Assembly: GCA_963799775.1 (NCBI GenBank)
Contig: CAWCYD010000003.1
Span: 1,440,001-1,504,000 of the forward strand
Source of the DNA: an uncultured archaeon
GTDB lineage: Archaea; Thermoproteota; Nitrososphaeria; Nitrososphaerales; Gagatemarchaeaceae
DNA length: 64,000 nt
Reading direction: 5' to 3'
The translations under genes were made by a program, and so were the position numbers. A model generated the notes under the pieces. The model was not told the origin of the DNA. It saw only the letters and a program-made list of their open reading frames with translations, and did not search any database. Below are positions 51,960 through 63,277 of the stretch, piece after piece (within the stretch, counting starts at the first letter, position 1; each line of letters starts with the position of its first letter).

Positions 51960-52313
51960 GTGACCGTGAACCTTGCAGAAGTCATCCGCCCTTGGGGGAG
52001 CTTCCGCATCATCGGTCAGTTCTCGGGCCGGATCACGGTGAAGATTGTGAAGATCAACCCGCACGGCCGGCTAAGTCTTCAGAGGCACCACAACAGGGAC
52101 GAGGAGTGGACCGTCCTCAGCGGCCAAGTCACCGCAACCGTCGGCGACAGGGTGTACCACTTGCACGTGGGGGACAGGACGACCGCTTATCGCACCTGGG
52201 TGCACAGATTGGAGAGCGACGTCGGGGCCGAGCTCCTCGAGGTCTCGTACGGGGAGTTCGACGAGGACGACATAGTCCGCCTCAGCGACGACTACGGGCG
52301 GAAGACCCCTTGA
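51960..52313 (+). CDS. Mannose-6-phosphate isomerase type II C-terminal cupin
   Basis: RPWG, LSLQRHHNRDEEW, HRLE, EDDIVRLSDDYGR. Confidence 0.88.
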   Translation: MTVNLAEVIRPWGSFRIIGQFSGRITVKIVKINPHGRLSLQRHHNRDEEWTVLSGQVTATVGDRVYHLHVGDRTTAYRTWVHRLESDVGAELLEVSYGEFDEDDIVRLSDDYGRKTP

Positions 52314-52352
52314 AATTAGAACTTCCGGATTCTGTAAAGTCTGTTGCACGGC

Positions 52353-52586
52353 CTAGGGGATGAAAAACCACTTGATAGTTTGTGGATTGCAACCAAGATG
52401 CCACCCGAAGTGCGGTGCATACACCTCTCCCAATCCAACAGTTGCACAGCCTGCGGAGCGGTAAACCGGCGACGGGGGCCCGAAGCCCGCCGAAATGTTC
52501 ACCCAAAACAGGACGGGAGCAAGGAAGAAGGCGACAATTAGGATGCACGCGATTCCCGCCAGCGCGACCTTTCTCCTTGTCTGCAT
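52353..52586 (-). CDS. Small membrane-anchored hypothetical protein
   Basis: RRK plus TM helix; YRSAGC..G.G. Confidence 0.5.
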   Translation of the reverse strand: MQTRRKVALAGIACILIVAFFLAPVLFWVNISAGFGPPSPVYRSAGCATVGLGEVYAPHFGWHLGCNPQTIKWFFIP

Positions 52587-52784
52587 CGCTTTTTCAGAGT
52601 GGAAGATTGCCTTAACTCTTGAGGGTCTTCTGAATCCCCTGGTCCCATTCCTCTTAGGTAATCAGGCGCTTCTCTTCGAGTAGGTCCGCTGGCGAAGTTA
52701 TCCTTCTCGTGCCTCACGCAAAAAACTTTGCGGAATCGACCTTCCGTCTGCCTTAAATATAACGGCCTAATATTGAGTGCCTAC

Positions 52785-53209
52785 TTGATCCACCCCTACG
52801 AAATAGTGTCAAAGTCAGCGCTTCCCGCGTTCAGGGCGATGGTCTCGAAGAGGCTCACAGAAGACTACGACATGACGCAGCAAGAGGTCGCGACGAGGCT
52901 GGGGTGACGCAGGCCTCCGTCAGCAACTACGCCAGGAAGGCCAGGGGGATGATGCTCGACCTCGAGGTCGACGACAACATCGCGAGGGCGGCGGACAAGG
53001 TCGCCGAGCTCCTCGCCTCAGAGAAGCCTGATCAAAGAGAGGCGCTGCGCCTGATGACCGAGGTCTGTGACTATGTAAGATTCAACCACACCCTCTGCTC
53101 TCTCCACCAGCACCTCGAGCCGGGCTTCAAGACGGAAGGGTGCTTCGCCTGCCTCGGGAGCCTCCCGCCAGAGAGCGGGACGATAAGGCTCTCCGCAGCT
53201 GTCAGTTAA
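52785..53209 (+). CDS. COG2522-like HTH regulator with C-terminal Cys/His metal site; frameshift near 52903
   Basis: PYEIVSKSALPAFRAMV, MTQQEVATRLG(V)TQASVSNY; C..C.LH..CFAC. Confidence 0.8.
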
Positions 53210-53248
53210 GCTCAATAGCCATTCCGCAGAGGGGCATAGCAAATCGCC

Positions 53249-54160
53249 TTGATGCAACCCAAGCCCGAGTGGCTCACTGTCTTTCCCGCCACAGCGGTAG
53301 ACAAGGGCGAGAACTATCGCAGATTGAAGGGGCTCTTCAGGGAGCTCGGGCTGCACACGGTCTGCGAGGAGGCCCACTGCCCCAACGTCTCAGAGTGCTG
53401 GGGGAGCGGGACCGCGACGCTGATGCTCATGGGCGATGTCTGCTCGAGGGCGTGCAGGTTCTGCATGGTCACTCCGGGCAGGCCTACGGGCGCACCCGAC
53501 CCGCTCGAGCCCGAGAACGTTGCCCTGACGTTATCGCAGATGGAGCTCTCCTACGTGGTGCTGACATCCGTGGACAGGGACGACCTGCCCGACCAAGGGG
53601 CCGGACACTTTGCAAAGACCATCCGTGCGACGAAGGAGATGAACCCGGGGACGAGGGTCGAGGTCATCATCCCCGATTTCCAGAACGACATCGAGGCGAT
53701 CAGGACCGTGGTCGAGGCGAGGCCAGACGTGGTCGCTCACAACATCGAGACGACGATGTTCCTGAGCCAGAGGGTGAGGGGCCCGCGAGCAGGATACTGG
53801 CAGTCGCTCTCGGTCCTGAAGAACATCAAGAGGCTCGACCACTCGATGCCGACGAAGTCGTCCATCATGCTGGGGCTGGGCGAGGGGGAGGAAGAGGTGA
53901 GGCTCGCGATGATGCACTTGAGGGACGCAGGCGTGGACTTCCTCACGCTCGGGCAATATCTCAGGCCATCCATGAGGCACCTGCCAGTGCAGGAGTATGT
54001 CGCTCCAGACGTCTTCGACCACCTTAAGCGCGTGGGCGAGGAAGAGTATGGTTTCGATTACGTGGCCTCCGGCCCGCTCGTGAGGTCGAGCTACCGCGCC
54101 GGAGAGATGTTCATCGCGGCGACGTTAAAAAACAAACAACAATCAACGAAGTTTCAATAG
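53249..54160 (+). CDS. lipA: Lipoyl synthase
   Basis: CEEAHCPNVSEC, CSRACRFC, VRSSY. Confidence 0.96.
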   Translation: MMQPKPEWLTVFPATAVDKGENYRRLKGLFRELGLHTVCEEAHCPNVSECWGSGTATLMLMGDVCSRACRFCMVTPGRPTGAPDPLEPENVALTLSQMELSYVVLTSVDRDDLPDQGAGHFAKTIRATKEMNPGTRVEVIIPDFQNDIEAIRTVVEARPDVVAHNIETTMFLSQRVRGPRAGYWQSLSVLKNIKRLDHSMPTKSSIMLGLGEGEEEVRLAMMHLRDAGVDFLTLGQYLRPSMRHLPVQEYVAPDVFDHLKRVGEEEYGFDYVASGPLVRSSYRAGEMFIAATLKNKQQSTKFQ

Positions 54161-54223
54161 AATACTCAGAAACTCTTATTTGTCCGAGAAAAGTTCGCTG
54201 AATCTAGCCGAGCTCGACCAAGT

Positions 54224-55314
54224 GTGGAAATGCTCCAGGTGATAAGGGCGGATGGCGAATTTGATCCTAAAGTCGAACCAGACCTAAGTCACGAGGATCT
54301 CCTCCGCATGCAGCGATACATGCTCACCGTGAGGAGGTTCAACGAGAAGGGGATGTCCCTGCAGAGACAGGGGAGGATCGGTTTCTTCATGGAGTCGACG
54401 GGGCAGGAGGCATGCCAGATCGGGATGTCTTACACCCTCACAGCGAACGACTGGGCGTTCCCGTCCTACAGGGACCCAGGCACGTGCCTCGTCAGAGGGT
54501 CCCACTCACAGCGCTCTTCGACCAGATAATGGGGAACTCTGCCGACGAGAGCAAGGGGAGGCAGATGCCCGTTCACTGGGGGTTCAGAGACTACAAGATT
54601 GTCTCGCTATCAAGCCCGATCGGCTCGAAGCTCCTACATGCGGTCGGGGTCGCGTACGCGGCGAAGTTCAGAGGCGAGAGGTCTGTCGCTCTCGCTTCTT
54701 TCGGTGAGGGAGCGACCTCCCAGGGTGAGTTCCACGCGGCGATGAACTTCGCTGGAGTGTGGAAGACTCCCGTCGTCTTCTTCTGCGAGAACAACCAGTA
54801 CGCCATCTCGTTGCCGGTCAGGCGATCGACTGCCTCAGAGAGCATCGCGATAAAGGCGGAGGCCTATGGTTTCGAGGGCGTCCAGATTGACGGGAACGAC
54901 ATCTTAGCTGTCTACAAGGCAACAAAGTCCGCGGTCGACAAGGCCCGCTCAGGCGGGGGCCCTACGCTCATCGAGGCGATCACATACAGGATGGGAGGCC
55001 ATTCCACCTCCGACGACCCCTCGATTTACAGGAGCCAGGACGAGGTCGAGATGTGGAAGAGGAGGGACCCGTTAACGAGGTTCACGGCGTACCTCATCAA
55101 GAAGGGGATAATCACGGAACAGGAGAACCAGAAGATGATGTCCGAGATAGACGCGGAGTTGGCGCGCGTGGTGAAGGAGAGAGAGGCGATCCCTCCCCCA
55201 GACCCATCGACCCTCTTCACTGAGGTCTACTCCGAGATGCCCTGGCACCTTCGGGAGGAGGCAGAGGAGTTCATGCGGGATGAAGGTAACGCCGGCCCGA
55301 GAAACGGGGAATAG
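54224..55314 (+). CDS. pdhA: 2-oxoacid (pyruvate/branched-chain) dehydrogenase E1 alpha; frameshift near 54498
   Basis: QRQGRIGF, GQEA, GRQMPVH, GEGATS..NNQYAIS, HSTSDD. Confidence 0.9.
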
Positions 55315-55341
55315 ACGAAGGAGATTGGTGGCTAGATCCCG

Positions 55342-56318
55342 TTGGCGGTCTCCAACATCGTCCAGAGCGTCAACGAGACGCTAAGGACCGAGATGCGGAG
55401 GAACGGCAACGTCGTCCTCCTAGGCGAGGATATCGGCAGAAACGGGGGCGTCTTCAGGGCGACGGCCGGACTGCTCAACGAGTTCGGGCCTGAGAGGGTC
55501 ATCGACACGCCCATCGCCGAGGACGGGATAATCGGGACGGCCATCGGCATGGCGATAAACGGGCTAGAACCCGTGGTCGAGATCCAGTTCCTCGACTTCA
55601 TCTATCCGGGGTTCAACCAGATAGTCAGCGAGCTCGCGAAACTCAGATACAGGTCGGCTGGTCGTTACCCTGCCCACGTAGTGATAAGGGCTCCGAGCGG
55701 CGGAGGGATCAAGGGAGGCCTCTACCACTCGCAGAGCACCGAGGCCTACTTCACGCACACACCCGGTCTCTACGTGGCGGTGCCCTCGACGCCGACCGAC
55801 ACGATGGGGCTGCTCAGGACGGCGATACGCGGCTCCGACCCGGTCGTATTCTTGGAGCCGAAGAGGGTCTACCGGACCGTGAAGGAGCAGCTTCCCTCCG
55901 ACGAGAGCTTCGAGATCCCGTTCGGCAAGGCGAAGGTCATGCGCGAAGGGACCGACGTGACGCTCATCAGCTGGGCCGCGATGGTCCATACGTGCAAGGC
56001 GGCGGTGGAGCTGGCGGCGAAGGAGGACATCTCGGTGGAGCTCATCGACATGAGGACCTGATGCCGTTCGACATCGAGACCATCCTCGCCTCGGTGAAGA
56101 AGACGGGCAGGGTCGTCATCGCCCACGAGGCGACGAAGATATCCGGGTTCGGCGGGGAAATAGCAGCTCAGATAGCGGAGCGCGCGATAGACTCGCTGCA
56201 GGCCCCGATAGTGAGACTGGGCGGGTTCGACACGCCCTTCCCCTACGCTCTGGAGAACACGTATCTTCCCAACCCGGAAAGGGTACTCAGGGCAATCAAG
56301 AAGGCCACGAGCTACTAG
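55342..56318 (+). CDS. pdhB: 2-oxoacid dehydrogenase E1 beta; frameshift near 56058
   Basis: GEDIG.NGGVFR, DTPIAE, EIQF, HSQS, EPK. Confidence 0.92.
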
Positions 56319-56396
56319 TCCTAGTCTGTCGCTTCCAAGTCTTGACTGTCCGTGGATTTCTTTTAAGCACCCTCGGAGTCCCTCTGGCGTAAGAAA

Positions 56397-57620
56397 TTGG
56401 ATCTACGGTTGCCGGACATCGGCGAGGGAATAGCAGAGGGTGAGATTTTGAAGTGGTTAGTGAAACAAGGTGACAAGGTCTCAGAAGAACAGCCGCTCGT
56501 GGAGGTAATGACCGACAAGGTCAACGTCCAGATCCCGTCCCCATGGACAGGAACAGTTTCCAAAGTACTCGTGAAGGAAGGGGACATAGTGAAGGTGGGA
56601 CAGGTGATCGTGACGATCGACTCGGAGGGAGGCTCGAGCAGGCCTGCGATGGCGCAGACCAAGAGCGAGAGGCCCGCACCCACCGGTCCTCAGCAATCGA
56701 CGATGGCAGTTCCCCCGCAGCAGTCGAAGATTGGAGCCGAGTCCGTCATGGCCACGCCCGCGACACGCAGACTGGCCCGGGAGATGGGAGTGGACATCAC
56801 TCGCGTGCAAGGTTCGGGGCCGGCGGGAAGGATAACCGAGGAGGATGTCAAGATGGCAGCGGGTCAGGGCGCGTCGGCAAGGCCAGGGACCACGGTCAGC
56901 GTCTCGATGGCGAAACCGAACGAGGAGAGGGTCCCGGTGAGAGGCCTCAGGAAGATAGTCGCAGAGAGGATGTCAAAGTCTATCCACACGACGGCCCAGG
57001 TTACGCATGTGGACGAGGTTGACATGACGGAGCTCGTCCAACTTCGGGAGTCGATGAAGGCCGAGGGGGAGGAGCGCGGGGTCAAGCTCACCTTCCTTCC
57101 GCTCATCGTCAAGGCCGTGATTCCCGCCCTGAAGGAGTTCCCGTATGTCAACGCGTCATTGGACGACCAGGCGGGGGAGATCATCCTGAAGAAGAGCTAC
57201 AACATCGGGATCGCGACAGACACGGAGAACGGGCTCGTCGTCCCCGTGCTTAAGGACGTCGACAAGAAGGACGTCTTCCAGATCGCCTCTGAGATCCAGC
57301 AGCTGGCCGCAAAGGCGAGGTCAGGTCAGCTCACGCTCGAGGACGTCCACGGCTCGACTTTCACGATAACGAACCAGGGGTCGGTGGGTGGCCTGTTCGC
57401 CACCCCGATAATCAACTACCCAGAGTCCGCGATTCTAGGGACGCACAGGATCTCAAAGAGGCCCGTCGTCAGAGATGGGAAGATCGAGATCCGCGACGTG
57501 ATGTTCCTCTCGCTGAGCTTCGACCACAGGATCCTCGACGGGGCTTACGCGGCGAGGTTCGTCAACAAGCTGATGTCGGTGTTGCAGGACGCGAACCTTC
57601 TTCGCGCTGAATTGCAGTAG
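56397..57620 (+). CDS. pdhC: Dihydrolipoamide acyltransferase (E2), single lipoyl domain
   Basis: VMTDKV lipoyl Lys, PSBD ATPATRRLARE, FDHRILDG. Confidence 0.93.
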   Translation: MDLRLPDIGEGIAEGEILKWLVKQGDKVSEEQPLVEVMTDKVNVQIPSPWTGTVSKVLVKEGDIVKVGQVIVTIDSEGGSSRPAMAQTKSERPAPTGPQQSTMAVPPQQSKIGAESVMATPATRRLAREMGVDITRVQGSGPAGRITEEDVKMAAGQGASARPGTTVSVSMAKPNEERVPVRGLRKIVAERMSKSIHTTAQVTHVDEVDMTELVQLRESMKAEGEERGVKLTFLPLIVKAVIPALKEFPYVNASLDDQAGEIILKKSYNIGIATDTENGLVVPVLKDVDKKDVFQIASEIQQLAAKARSGQLTLEDVHGSTFTITNQGSVGGLFATPIINYPESAILGTHRISKRPVVRDGKIEIRDVMFLSLSFDHRILDGAYAARFVNKLMSVLQDANLLRAELQ

Positions 57621-57626
57621 TTAGCT

Positions 57627-57851
57627 TCAGCCTTCGACCAGGGTCTCGGTGCTGCGGACACCGTTGATCTCGTTGATGAGCTCAGAGATCTTCCGAATCT
57701 CGGGATAGCCGGGTGCCTCTCCGAACGCGATGATGTCGTAGCGTCCGTAGCCGAGGAATGCTTTCCTTACCCCCTTTACCTTCCGGGTCTTCAGGAGGAC
57801 ATCGTCCGCTTCTAGTGGGGTGGTCTTGATCAGGATGCAGGTGTTCAGCAA
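57627..57851 (-). CDS. Stand-alone Lrp/AsnC ligand-binding (RAM) domain
   Basis: GRYDII, GVRSTETL; no HTH. Confidence 0.85.
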   Translation of the reverse strand: MLNTCILIKTTPLEADDVLLKTRKVKGVRKAFLGYGRYDIIAFGEAPGYPEIRKISELINEINGVRSTETLVEG

Positions 57852-57852
57852 T

Positions 57853-58083
57853 TCACTGCTCGACCTCCGGGAGCGTCTCGGTGAACACGACGCCGCCGAG
57901 CCTCATCGTCTTGGTGACCGCGCGGGCCAGCTGCTTGCTGTTGGCGGCCTCGACATCGGCGACGATGTCGTATCGACCAAGGACGGGGAACGCCCTCTTG
58001 ATCTCAGGGATCTGTCTGAGCTTCTTTGCGAGCTCCTCCATCCTTCCTCGCTCTGTCCTGATCAGGATGCAGGCGGAGATCAA
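57853..58083 (-). CDS. Stand-alone Lrp/AsnC ligand-binding (RAM) domain
   Basis: GRYDIV, GVVFTETL; no HTH. Confidence 0.85.
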   Translation of the reverse strand: MISACILIRTERGRMEELAKKLRQIPEIKRAFPVLGRYDIVADVEAANSKQLARAVTKTMRLGGVVFTETLPEVEQ

Positions 58084-58265
58084 ATTCGAAGCAGGCGCAG
58101 GGAGGGTGCTCTAGTGTAATAAAGCGTTCTCGCCCATAACAGCCGAATCGACCCACCAAATCTCGTATCCATTCGGGGGCAATTCACTAACCATTGGGGT
58201 CGTTCTTGCAAATTCGATATTACTCGACCCGCTTGTTGTCTTCTCAAGGAGGTGAAAACGAAAAG

Positions 58266-58517
58266 ATGAGTCTCAAACTGGGGAGCAACAAGAGGAACAT
58301 CCTCGCGTTCGCGATCCTTGCGATCTCGGTCGTCGCGGCGCTGACATCTGTGGGAGCCGTCTTCGCTCAGACTACGACGACAACCTCGACGAGTTCTAGC
58401 CAGAGCTCCAGCACCGCTGGTTCGCAATCGAGCACGTCGGGGTCGAGCGCCAACTGCCCCAACATGGCTGCAGCCTACGGGTCAGCGACGCAATCGGCGA
58501 CGCAAGGATCAGCATAG
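58266..58517 (+). CDS. Small secreted S/T-rich protein with a CPNM motif
   Basis: GGAGGTGA ribosome-binding site; signal peptide ending VFA. Confidence 0.65.
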   Translation: MSLKLGSNKRNILAFAILAISVVAALTSVGAVFAQTTTTTSTSSSQSSSTAGSQSSTSGSSANCPNMAAAYGSATQSATQGSA

Positions 58518-58616
58518 ATGAGCTAGCAGAGTGGCAGGCCCTGAGAGGGCCTGTCGCTCTTACCTGCTCTCCTAGAAGGGCACCGCCGCCTCACCCATAA
58601 TAACAAGCCCGACGCC

Positions 58617-59171
58617 GTGGGCGTCATGAGCGTGGGTGCGCCTGCTTCCGCCAATCGCGGGAGGCTGGTCCGCGTCGCCGTCGTGATGACATGCACCCTG
58701 ATCGTCCTGGCGGGGATCTTCGTCTTCACCCTTCAGAGCAACGCTGCCACCGCCTCCGTCACTTCTCAAGTCCACGATGCGTACGCCAAACACGCCTCTG
58801 ATTTTGCGTCAGGGAACTTGACGGTCTTGATGGGCGACTATGGTCCCGCCGCCACGGTCCTTTGGACAGGCGACACAAGGAATTGGGGAGGCGAATTCTC
58901 CAACTCGAGCGGCATACAAGCGTTCTTCACCCGCTTCTTGTCGGTGTATCCGACGATTTCTCTCCAGAACGTCACCTATTCCGTAATGTCGCAGGGTAAC
59001 GGGGCGACCGTCGAAGGCTCTGCGACCCTAATCGGCCTGAACGTCTCGAACCAGTCGCTGCGTGCCCCGATCTTGACGCAGACCGTCTACACGCGTGACA
59101 ACGGCGTGTGGGTGATCTCGAGCGAGACGTGGTCCTTCCAGAACTTCTTCATCCTGCAACCCTTCGATTGA
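58617..59171 (+). CDS. Membrane-anchored NTF2/SnoaL-like protein
   Basis: TM helix; F.SGN...LM.DY...[12 protein letters not shown]. Confidence 0.65.
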   Translation: MGVMSVGAPASANRGRLVRVAVVMTCTLIVLAGIFVFTLQSNAATASVTSQVHDAYAKHASDFASGNLTVLMGDYGPAATVLWTGDTRNWGGEFSNSSGIQAFFTRFLSVYPTISLQNVTYSVMSQGNGATVEGSATLIGLNVSNQSLRAPILTQTVYTRDNGVWVISSETWSFQNFFILQPFD

Positions 59172-59201
59172 AAGAGGGAATTGTAATCCGCCCGATGACG
59201 T

Positions 59202-60204
59202 CTATGTGACCTGGTCGTTGGGCCACATCATGCTTCGCAGCTTCTTTCCGACCTTCTCGATCTGGTGGGCCTCGAGGGCGTCCATGTATTTCTGGAACGA
59301 CTTTTGCCCTTCCTTCTCGTAGACGCTGACCCACTCCTTCGCGAAGGTCCCCGTCCTGGATCTCCTTCAGGTCCTTCTTCATCGCCTTCTTCACCTCCGG
59401 GCCTATGGCCCTCTTCCCTCTCGTAAGGCCCCCATACCGGGCCGTCTCGCTCACCCTCCGATACATCCCTGAGATCCCATACTTTTGGACCAGGTCGACT
59501 ATCAGCTTCAGCTCGTGGAGCGTCTCGAAGTACGCAATCTCCGGCTGGTAGCCGGCTTCCACAAGAGTCTCGAACGCGTTCTTCACCATGCTCTCGACCC
59601 CTCCGCAGAGGTCCACCTGCTCGCCGAACCAGTCGCTCTCCACCTCTTCCTTGAAGGTGGTCTGCAAGATGCCAGGCCGGGTCGAGCCGATGCCCTTTGC
59701 AATCGCTAGGACGCGGTCCCATGCCCTCTTCGAGTAGTCCTGCTGGACTGCGACTAGCGACGGGGTCCCGAAGTTCTCGAGATAGAGCTCCCTCACCCTT
59801 TGCCCGGGAGACTTGGGTGCGACCATGATGACGTCGGATTTCTTTGGCGGGACGATCCACTTCCAGTGGATGGCAGCGCCGTGCGAGAACGAGAGCGCGG
59901 CTCCCTTTTGGAAGTTCGGGGCTATCTCCTCCTTGTAGACCCGGGCCTGCTCCATGTCCGGAATCAGGACGTGGACAATCTGGGCCTTCTTGACCGCGTC
60001 GGGGACGGTCGCCACTTTGTGCCCCTCGTTCTTCGCCTTCTTCCAGCTCTTTCCTCCCTCACGGAGGCCAACGACCACCTTCAGGCCAGAGTCCCTCAGG
60101 TTGCTCGCCTGGGCCGCTCCCTGGATGCCATAACCAATCACCGCTATCGTCTCGCCCTTTATCGGGTCTAGACTGACGTCGTCATCGTGCCACATCTTCG
60201 CCAT
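59202..60204 (-). CDS. ilvC: Ketol-acid reductoisomerase; frameshift near 59350
   Basis: [39 protein letters not shown]. Confidence 0.95.
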
Positions 60205-60327
60205 GTTTCGCTACGCGCCGTCCACGCCACATGATATAAGTTTGGAAGCTGAGCTTGGAGTTGACAGCGTCCCAGAGTCTTCTGGGGATGAGATGATGAA
60301 AAAGCGGCTTTCTGAACGATAAATACT

Positions 60328-60349
60328 TTTGTCCAAACGTTCGGACAAA
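60328..60349. promoter_or_regulatory. Near-perfect 22-bp palindrome, putative operator
   Basis: TTTGTCCAAAC|GTTCGGACAAA (10 of 11 match) immediately after ATAAATA. Confidence 0.55.
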
Positions 60350-60382
60350 TCCTCATCTCAAAAGGCGCTCCTCACTACGACC

Positions 60383-62447
60383 ATGAACTCCAGAAGGGGT
60401 GTCGGACGTGACGTGGCTGTCTTCGCAGTCGTAATCGTGCTTGTGCTCGGCGGGTTGGCGGTCCTCGCGGTCCCGTTCAGCAGTCCACCGAACAAGGGCA
60501 GCGCCACCGCACCGCCTGTCGCTCCACCTGGAGTGGTCACTTCCACCACGCAGCCGATTGTCTCGACGAGTAACAGTGATCCTCTGGCAATCCTGAATGC
60601 GACCCCAGGGACTCTTAGCTCCTTCCAGACCTTCTCAGAACTCAACGGCTTCATCACTGCGAACGCAAAGAGCGCGCAGCCGCAGAACAGGAACTACCCT
60701 GGAGTCGTCTTCGGGGGCACCACAACGGTGATGGCGGGAGGAATGGCGACCGAAACAATGACCACCACCGTCTCCTCGGTGACTTTCGCAGCGTCAACGA
60801 CAGTGAACGGGGCTGAGGCGGCAGCGTCAACATCGACGAACGGGCCTTCGTTCACGACCACCAACAACCAAGTCCAAGGGGTCGATGAGCTCGACAAGGT
60901 GAAGACGGACGGGACTTATCTCTATGTCGCGACCTCCCAATCGGTCTCGATAATCAGGGCCTACCCGGTGAACTCGACCTCGGTCGTCTCCAGGATCAGC
61001 CTGCCCGGGCTCGGCATCCTTGGGATCAGTCTCGCTCCCCAACGGCTCGCCGTCATCGGGCAGAGCGACCAGAACGCCTCCGTGGAGCTCCTTCTCTACA
61101 ACGTCTCGAACCCTGGAGCCCCCGCGCTCTTGAACTCGATACGTGAGAACGGGGATTACGTCGGCGCGAGGGTCACGCAGGGATACTTCTACTTGGTCGT
61201 CCAGCAGCCATCGTACACGGTCAACGGATACGGGAACGTGACGGCCGCCTACCCGACGGTCGTCGAGGACGGCGTCTCGTCGGTGCTTTCTCCCGGGTCG
61301 ACGTATTACACTCCCAACAGGAGCCAGATCAGCGTCTACACTATGGTCTCTAGCATGTCGATGTCGACAGGGTCAGAGCGCGCGGTGGCCGTTCTGACCG
61401 GGCCATCATCGACCATCTACGTCTCGGCCTCTAACATCTACGTGGTCTACTCGAACTTCTACTCTTGGTATGCTGACGGGATAGCGGGCGACGTCTACAA
61501 CGGCGGAGTCGTCACGAGCTATGGATACCAGGGGCCGCAGCAGAACAGCACCGTCTTCCGCGTCGCCTACGCCTCGGGGAACATCACGGTGGCGGCGGCG
61601 GGCTCGTTCCCCGGCGGCGTCCTCAACCAGTACTCGATGGACGAGTATGACGGCTACTTCAGGGTCGCGACGAGCCGCACAGGCGACGTCAACGGGAGCA
61701 CGATGCGGGTCGACGACGTCTACGTCCTCGACCAGAACCTGACCCAGGTGGGAGTCATCCGCAACATCGCCCCGGGTGAGAACATCTATTCGGTGAGGTT
61801 CGAGGGAGACAAGGGATACGTCGTCACATTCGAGCAGGTGGACCCGCTCTTCACGATATCCTTCGCCGACCCGACACACCCTGTAATCCTCAGCGCGCTC
61901 ACGGTGACCGGGTTCTCAGACTACCTCTACCCGTTCGGGAGCAACTACCTCATAGGGATCGGGAAGGACACGGTCCAAGCGACCAACGGGAACTACTCCT
62001 TCTACCTGGGCCTGAAGCTCTCGCTCTTCCAGCTCACGCCCGACGGGAACTCGAGCGAGGTGGCAAGATATGCGATAGGCGACAGAGGGACGGACTCGGC
62101 GGTCCTCAACGACCCGCTGGCCTTCACCTTCGACTCGGCAACGAACACGACGGTGATCCCGGTCGACCTATACACGATCTCCAGCAGCCAGAGCCCGTAC
62201 CCGGGAAGCCCGCCTCCGTTCGGGCAGTTCGTCTGGCAGGGCGTCTACGTCTTCAACGTCTCGCCGAGCGGGTTCAATCTCCTGGGGACGGTGTCAGCAG
62301 GACCTGCCTGGCCAGAGCCCCGGGGCCCATGAGGTCGACAGGAGCGTCATCATCGGGAACGTGCTCTACACCATCTCGCAGGACGAGGTGATGGCGAGCA
62401 GCCTCTCGGACTTTGGCACTCTGGCGACGGTCCAACTCACTCCGTAA
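60383..62447 (+). CDS. Secreted beta-propeller domain protein (Beta_propel family); frameshift near 62297
   Basis: TNNQVQGVDELD.VKTDG, LNQYSMDEY.GYFRVAT, APGE.IYSVRF, VTF.QVDPLF. Confidence 0.88.
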
Positions 62448-62654
62448 CCCAGGTCGAAGGCGAAATTACGATTCCCCTCCTCGGCACATCGGGGCTCATA
62501 GCCGAGGCGAGTTTGGATAACAGCGGCAGCATGAAGAACCTATACAGGTTAATATCGGCTCTATCTGGTTCTAACGAGTTATTCATAGCCTCTTTTGGCG
62601 TAGAAAGCCTAATATTAGCCCCGTTACCATTAGAACAAAGGAGTTTAGGCTGAA

Positions 62655-63275
62655 TTGAAGCGTTCTGGAATGATGATGCAAATGTCGATAGTCGTCTCGT
62701 TGACCGCCCTTATCGCACTGGGCGCGGGAGGCCTCTACACTTACAGCGTCACGGGCTCGACCGCATTGAATTCGGCGCCGACGAGCAACCTGACCGCTGC
62801 ACAGACTGCGGCGAATTCCAAGGCCGACCCTGGCGGAAAGTTTCTCGGTTTCATCCCAGCTGGGTACACCGTCGCGTCCCTTCTCCCCAACGCCGCCACC
62901 TATCCATGTCCGCCCGGATCAACCGCGGCGCAGTGCGCTCAGTTCAAGGCGTCTTGCGGCAACGGTGTCTGCGACCCCAACGAGACATGCGGCACGTGCC
63001 CGATAGACTGTGGGACTCCACAAGGCCTGTCTTGCGACCCATACACAGGCAGGGCCTCTGGTCTAGGAGGCATCTGTGAGATTACAATCCCGTACACGAA
63101 CGTGAACCCATCAGAGACCAACATCAATACGCCGCCGCCGACCCCTGGTCAGGCCACTCAGGGCCCTGACCAGAGCCCACTAGTCAGGCAGGGCATCGAA
63201 CCCCAGCGTAGCCTTCGAGTCTCGGCTAGTCGGCACGACTACGCTTATAACAAACCGAGAGTCGCCGGGCCCTAA
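62655..63275 (+). CDS. Secreted Cys-rich protein
   Basis: Signal anchor; CGNGVCDPNETCGTCPIDCG. Confidence 0.65.
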   Translation: MKRSGMMMQMSIVVSLTALIALGAGGLYTYSVTGSTALNSAPTSNLTAAQTAANSKADPGGKFLGFIPAGYTVASLLPNAATYPCPPGSTAAQCAQFKASCGNGVCDPNETCGTCPIDCGTPQGLSCDPYTGRASGLGGICEITIPYTNVNPSETNINTPPPTPGQATQGPDQSPLVRQGIEPQRSLRVSASRHDYAYNKPRVAGP

Positions 63276-63277
63276 TC

